This document shows, piece after piece, positions 13,791 to 24,448 of a stretch of 64,000 nt of DNA. The notes beneath the pieces were generated by a model. That model was not told where the DNA came from. It searched no databases and worked only from the letters and a program-made list of their open reading frames with translations. Source of the stretch: the human T2T-CHM13v2.0 reference genome, Homo sapiens. The translations under genes and the position numbers were made by a program. The stretch lies in NCBI RefSeq assembly GCF_009914755.1, contig NC_060927.1, one strand, 5' to 3'. Each line of letters opens with the position of its first letter. Position 1 is the stretch's first letter.

Positions 13791-15753
13791 GAAATAAGGA
13801 GAGGAACAGAAACAGAGACCTATGGGCCTGCAACAGGGAGGCCATGCTGAATAGTGGGACATGACTGCACTGGCAGCAGAAGCCCTCGTTTCCAGTGCCC
13901 TGTGCAGCTAACCAGCCATGGAGCTGTGGTCCAATTACTTAACCACTCTAGGTCACAGTTTTACATTTATAGAATGGTAGCAGTTTACCTCCCTGAAAGC
14001 GGAGGTCTAGATGGATCACCAATCCCAGTCTGTAAGGAGGTATGCCCTTCAGCCATTAGAGCTGAACTTGCAAGCAAGGTGGAGGATTAAGCGGCATTCT
14101 ATTCTACTTAGAGAATATTGAGTTTTATAAGGAGTTGATTCAGATACTTCAGTGAATTGGAAATAATTTAAACCAGCTGAATTCATAAGCATCTGTTATA
14201 TCTGATCCATTTTGGATTTAGGGCTCTTACTTGCTAGATATTTTTTGTCAGTTAATGAAGTAAATGTTGACTTTTTAACATATTTTGGAACAATGTGTTT
14301 AGACTAACTGACCACATGGTCTCATTTTGTCATCAGAGTTGGCCTAACAAGGGTCCACCCAGTCCCCCTTCCCACACATATAAGCTTGTAGCTCTATTGA
14401 AATAACACCTCATCTCAGAAAAACAATAATAATTTCTCCCCAGCGTGCACCTATTGTGTGCCAGGGGTTTTATAAACATTATCTACTTTCTTCCTCACAT
14501 GCCAGTGTGGTAAATGTTAGTATCATTGCTATGGGTAAAGAAGTTTTTAAAAGGAAAACAAAGAAGTTAATAAAACAAAAACCTTGTCCAGAGTCCCACA
14601 GCTGGGAAGCGAGCCTGGGTCCTTTGCCCTGCAGCAGGTGGTGGTGCTGGGAAGGGAAAGAATATGTTAGAGACCATATACTCCTCCTCTTCATCTGCCG
14701 TGCTCAGAGCAGTCACTTCAGTGGGTAGCCAGGGCAGGGGTCAAGGGCTTAATGACAGGCCGAGCACTGAAGCCACGAGGCTCATGCCTGTATACCTTGG
14801 CTCCTTCCTCCCAAACCAGCCCAAGCTCCTCTACTACCTTTCCCTTTACAGCTTTCCCTTGAAAACTGTAATTAACCTCAACTTTTTATGCTGTAAAAGC
14901 AGCTTATTCTCCCATTCAGGCTACCTCCCTGCTTCTTAGTAATTTGTACTAATTATTAACAGACACACATACACAGCAGCCCAATGCCTGCAGCAGCTTC
15001 CACACCTCAGTGAAGCATATTATTGTCCCCACTCCAGAGGAGAGAATGCTTTCCTTGGAAACAGAGAAGGTTCTTTGGGCAAATATTGGTTACCATTTGG
15101 TATACGACTGTGGAATGCTCCTTCACTTACGAAGTGCTTGACTACAAAGTCCATTACATTGCTTTGACTATTCCTAAGACTACCAAAGAAAAAGATGTTA
15201 GCCCATGAGGGCCTTTTGAAACAATGATGATAATTCATCGTATGTTGAGTATCTATTATGTGCCAGATATACACAGATATATTAGCTCTGATCCTTAAAG
15301 GAAAAAAAGTGTATACTTGAAAATATATATAACCAACTTATAGATGATGGAGCTATGTCATAGAAACATTAAATGACTTACCCATAACAGCACAGGTCAT
15401 TGCTAGGGAGTCACAGAACCAGAACTTTACACATTTTTATGATACTTCGGTGGTGGAAACTTCTGAGCTTGATAGGAGAGTGGATGCAAGCACCTCCGAT
15501 GCTGAGGATCTCAAAATTAGTGTGGCTCCCAAAATAAGAGATTGTATCTTAATAAATCCAAATACTTGCAAACAGAATGATCTGCTTACCTGCTCCATGT
15601 GGCCTTGGAATCCTGGTCTTTAGAAGATGTAAACACAAATAGAATTCAGCACAGTAGATGTCTTGGATTTGGTCCAAAGAAGCAAACCCCATTATTTCTT
15701 CATCTTGTGCCATCTCCTCTTCCCCCAAGGAAGTCCCAGCCCCTCATCTAAAC

Positions 15754-15966
15754 CAGGAGTCAGCAAGCTTTTCCTGTAAAGAACCAGAAAGTAATTAATT
15801 TAGGCTTACGGGCCATATGGTTTTTGCCCCAACTGCTATAGTCGACTCTGCCTTTGTAGCGGGAAAGTAGCCATAGGCAATATGCAAATTGATGGGCATG
15901 GCTGGGTTCCAGTGGAACTTTATCAAAACAGGTAGCTGGTCCATGAGGGCAGTTTTGTAACCCCTG
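15754..15966. mobile_element. MER58A-like hAT-Charlie MITE
   Basis: caggagtcagcaa...ctgtaaag...ttaggctt-cgggccatatgg...agccatag-caatatg...acccctg, with terminal inverted repeats. Confidence 0.8.
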
Positions 15967-17329
15967 AAAATCTTCCATGGGTCTCCTGCTCCACATAACC
16001 CTTGGTTTGCGCTTAGGACCCCTTTCAGTTTCACTCTATGAATAGAATTGATGAGGCTTTTGCTTCCTCCACCAGCTCATTAATAGAGAGCTCAGATGCC
16101 ATCAAGCTGATGACACTCCTGGAGCCTTTCCCATGTTCATCTCCTTCCCCATTTTAATACACTTCCATTCATCATTCTCTCTTGTTTACTGTCGTGTAGC
16201 ACTTTTCACTCCTGGTGTCAGCGCTTGTAGACAAACCATAGGAGGAGCATCTACATCTGCTCTCAGCTGTCTTAATGATTAAACGTTTATGGTTACTCGC
16301 TCTTCATAATAACTATATAGGCTAGGACTGGCTGGTTTAGGCCTTGGTAATTTCTACCTTTCAAATTTTAGGATCGTTTTCTCATAGAGACTCTTTCAGA
16401 CCTTGGCAATATCTTGTGCTCAATCAATTTGTTCAAATAACTGGACCGAAGTTTACTGTTTATTTATTCATTTGGCATTGAGTTGTTGAGCGCCCAGGTG
16501 GTACAAGCATTGCGCTGCATATTGGGGTGGGGAAGGAGAAATGAGGGAAACATGGTTTCTGCCCTCAACAGCTGCATTCTCCATCCTGCATCCTCTGTCT
16601 CCCACATACTTATAATTAGTCATAAGCAACCAATAATAATAAAAAAAAGCAACTTTGTTCATGGCTCTTACTGATTTGCCTGAAATTGATTAATGATTTT
16701 GTGGGGAACAAGAACTAATATTCATTTTAATCACTGAACTTCTTCAAGAATGTTTGGACTATAAAGTGATTATGGAGTAATGTTTGGTCCTCACAATCCA
16801 AATACCAATGATGTATTAAAACAGTTTTTCAATAACAGCTATCCAGTCACTGCTTCATATTTATCAGCCAGTGCCTGATTTCAGCAGATTCTATTAAAAC
16901 CAGAGAATTCAGGCAGCTGCTTGGATTTTGTAGCAATGGGATTTTATTCTTATTTGCAAGGTGACTTGGTGATTTTCACAGTTTCAGATCTCAGATCTCC
17001 ACTGTGTCAAAGTAGAAATGATCAAAGTTCTGGATGACATCCCTTCTATAGTGGACAGCCTTTCTTCTGAATCCCTGAGTGGGGGTGGGGAGGATCCCCT
17101 TGTGTTTAAATAGATCAAATAGTGGGTGGGCAGCTCCTCTGCAGGCAGTCTCTCCCAGGGCCCAGTAGACATCCCCTTCATTAGAGTGAGAATGGGCCTC
17201 TTTGTAACTTTCAACTGTGTGTTTGAGCTGACCTGGGACCTGTGGTCCCTCACAACTGCTTCTGAATCATTTATGGGCATTTCTATGCCACCCACACTTC
17301 AGATATGCCAATTACTTGCAGTCTCCTGA

Positions 17330-17700
17330 ACTCCTCTAGGCCGTGCTTTTGCATGTTTAATTCTGTTCTCACTCTCCACATTCATCCATGTGGCTAATTT
17401 ATTTCATCTTTTGTGACTCAACTCAGGTCACCCTTTCCCTCAGTCACTCTGCATCTCCTCTGAAGTCTGGGCTGGATGGTCCCCTGCTGTGCCCCCACAA
17501 TCCCCTGAACTGCTCTCTGCCAACTCACTCAATCAACACTGCTGTCATCTTCTATTTATTTACCAGTCCACCCACAGATGTTACATCCCCAGAGGAAAGG
17601 AACCATGCCTTTGTACCTGCAGCCCATGTATAGCACCCAGAGATAGTAGTGTGTCATAAATGTAACTGGCTGGCCAAACGAAGGAATGAGTAAATAAATA
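17330..17700 (+). mobile_element. L2 3' fragment
   Basis: Ends aggaaccatgcctttg...tagcacccag...ataaatg...gaatgagtaaataaa. Approximate. Confidence 0.55.
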
Positions 17701-19462
17701 CACATCAGGTCATCTTTGACTTCACAAAGTAGGCTTTTATATATTTTAAACAATGGGAATTTCTTATCACTGTACTGTATTCTTTACATATATTTACATA
17801 AAATATATTCTTTATATGGGAATTTCTTATCACTGTACTGTATCCTAGCTCAGCTCTGTTTCTTCTGTCATTTTACCAAGAATACAGTTTACAATTTGTA
17901 AAGCATGCTTCTTGAACCATTGTGCCTAGAACTCATCTCAGTACCCCAGATCTGCACAGGGGACACAGGGACTTGGATCATTCCCTCCTAGTGATCCAGG
18001 CTCTTCATTTTCACTAAAGTCCCCATTTTTTTCTAGGATTCATGGTGCAGACAAAGACAGGCCCAGGCTTCAAGCTTCTGTTCATGCATACCTGCAGATA
18101 ACCCAGGATCTTTGCAAAGAAAAGATATGCTCCTGTGAAAATGATTAGAGGCCATGTTGGTATACAAGAAGGTGCTGGGGTGAGGTGTGATTCGGAATGA
18201 CAGTGTGTAGACAGTCCACAGCCCAGACTGGTGAAAGAAGCCTTCCAAGAGAAGAGGCCTTGGGAAACATAGGCTTAAGCAATCTGGAGGGAGTAGAGGA
18301 GCCCTGGAGAGAGGCATTTTAGACAAAGAAAAGAGCCTAAGCAAATGTCTGCTGGCAAAGATGTGGTCCCCGGATTTAGGGGAATGTGAGAGATTGGAAT
18401 TGACTTCATTATGAAGGACCTGTGAATCTATATTTAAGAGTTTTGCCTTTGTATGATGATAGTTTTTAAGAAAAGAAGTGTGGCGTTGGGTGGGGTGGAT
18501 GGGGAACATCAAGAAAGAAAGGAGGCTGCAAAAGTCCAGGCACAAATCATGTGTTTAATAAGATAAGTAGCAAGGAGAAAAAGTCACCTTTTAAGGGCAC
18601 TCACGATGAGAAAAAGAGTCATGCTTCTGGAAAACAGAAGCAACTCTCTGCACATCAGAGGACCCAAGTGTGCAGATGACAGGGACTGTAGAGGTCAGCA
18701 CAGAAAGTGCTGGAGAGAGTGACAGACAGGAGAATGGGGCTCATCCAGAGTAGGTGGGGGGGATGAGGACACAGGGGCTGCTCTGCAGGGAGAAGGCACA
18801 TGCCCGCTCTGAATGCTGGCGGAAAGTAGCTGGGGGATGCACTCTCAGACACAGGGCAAGGTGAGGGCAGAAGTAGGTGTGGAGGGCAGTCCAGAATGGC
18901 CTCTACCTCTCCAGCAGAGTGGACACAAAGCCTTTTGCCTGAGCACTTGAAGGAACTGAAGGGGAGTGATGTAGAACAGGCACTTTGGAGAGTGTCTAGG
19001 GAGATCTGAGTCAGGAGAGAAAACAGAACAACTCAGCAGAAGCAAGACAAAGAGAGGCAGGCAGGGGGCAGATGGATGTTGCCTAGTTTGCGTCTGCTGA
19101 GGTCAGAGACTTGAGGGGATTTTGCAAAGCTGGATGTGCTATGTTATTTCACCTCTGAACCCTTGGGGAGGAGGACTAGAGAATGACAATAAGCTTCCTC
19201 GCCAGTCCCTGAGCACTCAGTCATTTCCCTGGGCCCCTTTTTTCAGAGTGTGGCCACCTCATAGTCCAGACCTGACCCTACATTCCCTTGGCCCAGATCA
19301 GACTTCTTGTCCCCATCCAGAGGGATGGCCTGGAGCTGATGACAACTGCTAGCAGATATGCAGGACCAAGAAATGATGGGGCCTGAATACTCCAGGGTGG
19401 AGTGGGCTGGGGGTGTAGCCTTCAGGAATGGGATAGTGACCCTTTCCCTTGCTTTCTTTTAG

Positions 19463-19625
19463 GAACACAATGAGTTCAACTCCTCCATGGCCAGGAGTCA
19501 GACCAACACAGCAAGGATTGATGGGCTGCGGCCTGGCATGGTATATGTGGTACAGGTGCGTGCCCGCACTGTTGCTGGCTACGGCAAGTTCAGTGGCAAG
19601 ATGTGCTTCCAGACTCTGACTGACG
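19463..19625 (+). CDS. EPHB1: EPHB1 coding exon (probably exon 7), C-terminal half of second FN3 domain
   Basis: Acceptor gctttcttttag|G and donor ACTGACG|gtaagg. 163 nt, phase 0->1. Encodes EHNEFNSSMARSQTNTARIDGLRPGMVYVVQVRARTVAGYGKFSGKMCFQTLTD. Confidence 0.97.
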
Positions 19626-21784
19626 GTAAGGGTCGGGGAGGGCAGTGGCATAATCACAGGGCAGGCAGTGTGGGAGAAAAAGTAGCCCCAAAGATGCTGC
19701 ACTAGCCAAAAATGCTGATCTCCAACTGGATTCCAGTGGAATTCCCTTCAAACGGTTTGCCTCCCAGTAGGGCCATGTAGATTTTCCTGATGTCTGGCTC
19801 ATTTCTCTCCCAACGCCTGGTTGGATTTGCCTCTGAAGGGTCTCTTGCCATGTGTGATCTTGCATTTCAGCAGTGAGACTCATACCTGTCTCATGGAGCC
19901 AGTGTGCCCTCTTGCCTAGGTATCCAGGTCCAGATGCCTCTGTTTCACCCTCACGCCCACTTCACTCCTCTGTGCTTATGGTCTGAAAGCTGAGCTCATG
20001 GCCTAGTTTCATGAGCCAAGGTCTTCAGGGAGGAAATGGAGAGACAAAATGTGGGATGTGGCAGTCTCATGCACCTGGGATCTCAGAAATTTGAAGCAAC
20101 TTCACATGTGACCCCCAGTATGTCCTGCTCGGATGTCTCCAGAGAGAATAGCCAAGGTGTCCTCAAGGCCAGAAAGTCTATCACCATAAATATACTTCTA
20201 CCTTTGGGTTTTATTAGTTCCCTATTATCACTATCTGCCCCACTCCTCTGAGACCACCCCCAGCAATAGTTCTGAAAAATCTGATTTCCCAGTAGCCTCA
20301 GCATTGTGCTCAAGTGATCTATCTGACTGTGCCTACCACTTTCTCTCTCTTAGCTAGCCATTTACCATAGTTTATGTAATTATTTGTGTATCTGCCTACC
20401 TACCTATATATCTATATTTATTATTCACTTATGAGCTGTTTCCTGATAGTTTTCCAAATGTCAGTCTATTCCTGACTCCCCAAATTGAAAGCTTTCCATT
20501 TTTCCTTCATTAATTAAATTATCCATAAAACAGTCTGTCCTTATATAGCATTTTATTTTAGGCCAATGCTCTCAGTCTGGGTGTTTGATAGGGCTTGAGA
20601 TTTTATCTTGATGCACATTGTATTTTTTAACAATTTTGAAATTAATTGGAAACTTTTAAAATCAGTTGGGTTCTTATACAAATCAGGATGTTGATGTTCT
20701 TGTGAAAAAATTGTAAGAGAAGCCAATACTTGTGGGCACTCTGGAGTGAGGACCTTGCCTTAAAGCTGAGAGGCAGCTGTCTGCATATGGTACCCACCAC
20801 TTCCAATATCTCTAACCTGGATACTTTGATGTGAACCGTCTGGCCCCTGTAGGACTGGAGTTTGCAATCTATTGTGAGTTTATTTGAGGTGGACTTTCTC
20901 TCATATTTTGAGGATGGTGAGATGGGGTAGAGAGGTGAGCCAGTTAATTCAGGTTGATAATGCTACTGGTATGAAAAGAACACAGACTGTCTTCTTTTTC
21001 CTTAAGGGCTCTGTCCTCCACTTTGCACCTCACTTACTGTCTAGATTTATAGGCACTCTGGCATCAGGACGTACACAGGATTAAAAGCCCAAAACTCAAA
21101 ATGCTCCGAGTGCTGGTCTCTTGGCAATTCTGCTAGACAAATCAAGAAGTAACAAATTTCTCCCAAGAAGGCTGTTTCTTTTACATTTGGCAGTTAAGTT
21201 TTGCAAACCCAAGAGGGGCTGGTTGTAAGAGAGTTCTGGTAAGTGGCCAAATTTGGGAGTATTTGTCTTACGACTGAGGTTCACACATGGGTACGGATTA
21301 TGTTCACTGGGGCAGCAGGCCTGTCTGCAGAGCGAAGGTAGTCAGAAGGTTGATCGATGATAGGGTCATTGGGGCAGGGAGGACCTGTGGAATCCTGCCC
21401 AGAGTCAATGGCCACACTTTGGGCTGGTAACCTCCACATAGGGCAGACCCACTATGGCCCTGGGCTGCTCTTAGCTACACTGTTCTGATTTTTGACGTAG
21501 CTGCCTAATTTTTAAAAAATCATTCAAGTTTCATATTACATTATGAAGTTTTTAATTTATAAAGACATTGTTAAGGATGCTTCATTGGGGTTCCCTGTGT
21601 ATTTTTCTATCGCCAACTTTATGTTTTAAATACATATATTACAGAAAGTCTCAGCTGAGGGCAACTGAAAATTTTCCTTCAGTCTTTAAAATCGACTTCC
21701 GTCTTTAAAATTCTAGAGAATGGGAGGCTTCAAGAACCAATATCCTTGTTCTTAGAAATCTTTCTCCTCCAACATGGTTGAAGG

Positions 21785-21970
21785 ACAGTTCTCAAACATT
21801 GGGGAACATTAGAATCACCTGGACTGTTTGTTAAATATGCAGATACCCTGCTCTTCACCCAGAGGATCTGATTCAGTAGATCTGAGGAGGGGTCTGGAAA
21901 CAGTCATGTTTAACAGTCGGGCTCAGGTAATTCTGATAGCTCATGGGAAACCTCACTTTAAGAAGTATTG
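21785..21970. mobile_element. MER5-family MITE
   Basis: gttctcaaac...cattagaatcacctgg...ttgttaaatatgcagat...ctgattcagtagatctg...caggtaattctgat...cactttaagaa. Confidence 0.75.
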
Positions 21971-21973
21971 TCA

Positions 21974-22270
<297 letters not shown>

Positions 22271-22284
22271 AGAAGTATTGTCAT

Positions 22285-22476
22285 TAGGGTTGCTAGATAA
22301 AAAATAAGATGAACAGTTAAATTTGAATTTCAGACAAACAAAAATTATGTTTTAGTGTAAGTATCTCCCAAGCAATATTTGAGGCATACTTATACTAAAA
22401 CCTTTTTCATTATTTATCAGAAATTCAAATGTGATTGGCAGTCCTACATTCGTATTTGCTATAGCTGGCAACTCTA
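22285..22476. mobile_element. MER53 palindromic MITE
   Basis: tagggttgc...tttgaatttcaga...ttttagtgtaagtat...atacttatactaaaa...agaaattcaaa...gcaactcta. The whole element is an imperfect inverted repeat. Confidence 0.85.
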
Positions 22477-23409
22477 ATTGTAATAGAACATAAATAGCTT
22501 GACTTCTCTATGCCTAGGTCCTGAACATTAGGTAATAGTTCTTTAACACCAGTGAAAGCATAACCAGGACAATACCAATACTAGCCAGCTGGCCCAAATT
22601 ATTTGTATAGATTAAAGAAAAGAGATTTGGTATTTAGGACACCTATGATAGAGCAGACAGGGTGAAATGTGCTTCATATGATTTGATTTTTTTCAACAGA
22701 CAGGAAGTGTGAGGGTCAGAAGGACTAAATCGTGTGTCCAGTATCACAAAGCTTGCACATGGTAACGCCAGGGTTTAGATGAGTTCTGTCTGCCTCTATG
22801 ACCCGTAGGCTTCCCATTCCACTGCATAATTCAGCATGGTTCTAACATTTGGCAGAAGCCTTGATCATTTTCTTCTTGAGCGGGAACTCAGAGTGCTGGG
22901 CCATTCATTTCTCAGGCATTTCTTTGTCCTCCACAGTGCCTGGAGGTAGTGCTGGCTGACTGCGGATACTCTTTAAGTATCTGCTCAATGAATCTATTGA
23001 CTCTGTGCCATTTCATAACTTCATGCTTTAGAAGATATTTCAGCAGTGGTTTTCATTTAGATAAGTCCCCTTCATTGGAATGTCCTTAACATGGCTGACA
23101 GTTCTTCGAGAGACCTTCCAATTGAGGGAATGTAGATTGGGAATCATCTCTGCTCCAGGAATGTCATCAGCTATAGTTCCCAGATTCTGTCACGGCTGTT
23201 TTGTTTTCATTGTCCTTTGTTTTTGGTTGTTTTTGTTTATTTATAACTTAAAAATTGCTGTTTGTTTTGGTTAGACTTACAACTCTGACACATAGAAACT
23301 ATCCTCTACATATATGTATATTTAGATCATGTTTTTGGTATTGTGCACTGAGTATCAGCTGTATGCAAAAGGCACATGGGGAGGATTCTAATGCCTCTTT
23401 CTCACCTAG

Positions 23410-23518
23410 ATGATTACAAGTCAGAGCTGAGGGAGCAGCTGCCCCTGATTGCTGGCTCGGCAGCGGCCGGGGTCGTGTTCGTTGTGTCCTTGGTGGCCAT
23501 CTCTATCGTCTGTAGCAG
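23410..23518 (+). CDS. EPHB1: EPHB1 coding exon (probably exon 8), transmembrane helix
   Basis: Acceptor tctttctcacctag|A and donor AGCAG|gtaggt. 109 nt, phase 1->2. Encodes DDYKSELREQLPLIAGSAAAGVVFVVSLVAISIVCS(R), a hydrophobic TM segment. Not called in this frame by the ORF track. Confidence 0.96.
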
Positions 23519-24383
23519 GTAGGTCCTCCACTCTCACTTGCTCTCCTTGGACCCAGGAAGCCCCTCTCCATGTGCCGTTTCCCAGGCTGCGTGGATCAGA
23601 TAGGGTGTGACCATTCACGACCACAATCATCACTCCATCTCAATCCAAGAGCAGCCTAGAATTCTTTAGATATTTATTTAGCTGGGAAAAAATTCATATG
23701 AGAGCTGGGCAAGGCTATGAGTAAACAGCATCCATCCTCAAACCTCATTTTAACGAAGACTTTTAGCCCCCTCTTACACACAATGGCTTTTCAGAGTGAC
23801 AGTTGCAAAATTGCATTTGACTCACTGGAGCATCCAGCCTGTGCATAACCCATCCTCCAGTTAAGAGAGCTCAGGCTCTCAGCAGCCAGCAAGAGGGAGG
23901 CAGGCTGGCAGGAGAGAAGATGAGGAGGAAAGGGAAACTCTGAGTTCTGCAGAAAAGCTGGCCCCGAAAGCCTTGTGATTTTTTAATACTGCTGCTACTG
24001 CCTTCAGTGGTTAGCCCAGATTCTGTCACGCAAAGCCCTGTAGTTGGCTCCCTCCCAAGCAGTTCTGCAATGTAGCTTAAGTGCTGATGGACATCCTCTT
24101 CACCTCTGCCCCCATCAGCACTGCCCTCTGAATGGGGTCCCACAGTCCCGCCAGGCTTCTGCAAGACCTTGGCTGGAAAGCAGAACCATCTGCCCACAGG
24201 AGTGAGTGGTGGTCAACAAGAGCTCTAACTGCAGCAGGAGGGCTGAAGTGAGAGTTGCCCAGTCCCTAATCCTGGGAGATGCCCCGGGTGAGCCCCTATC
24301 TGGCCTGGGGCCTAGATGGAGGTACCTGGAACAGACTGGTGGGTGTGCCCTGTGGCTGAGAGAGCCCCTCTTTTTATCCACAG

Positions 24384-24448
24384 GAAACGGGCTTATAGCA
24401 AAGAGGCTGTGTACAGCGATAAGCTCCAGCATTACAGCACAGGCCGAG
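24384..24448 (+). CDS. EPHB1: EPHB1 coding exon (probably exon 9), proximal juxtamembrane region
   Basis: Acceptor ctctttttatccacag|G and donor CCGAG|gtaagt. 65 nt, phase 2->1. Encodes RKRAYSKEAVYSDKLQHYSTGR(G). Confidence 0.95.

Noticed and set aside
17753-17843. CRISPR-like repeat-spacer-repeat geometry (28/35/28 nt)
   Set aside because: Only two repeats, the spacer derives from adjacent sequence, there are no cas genes, and the context is a human intron.
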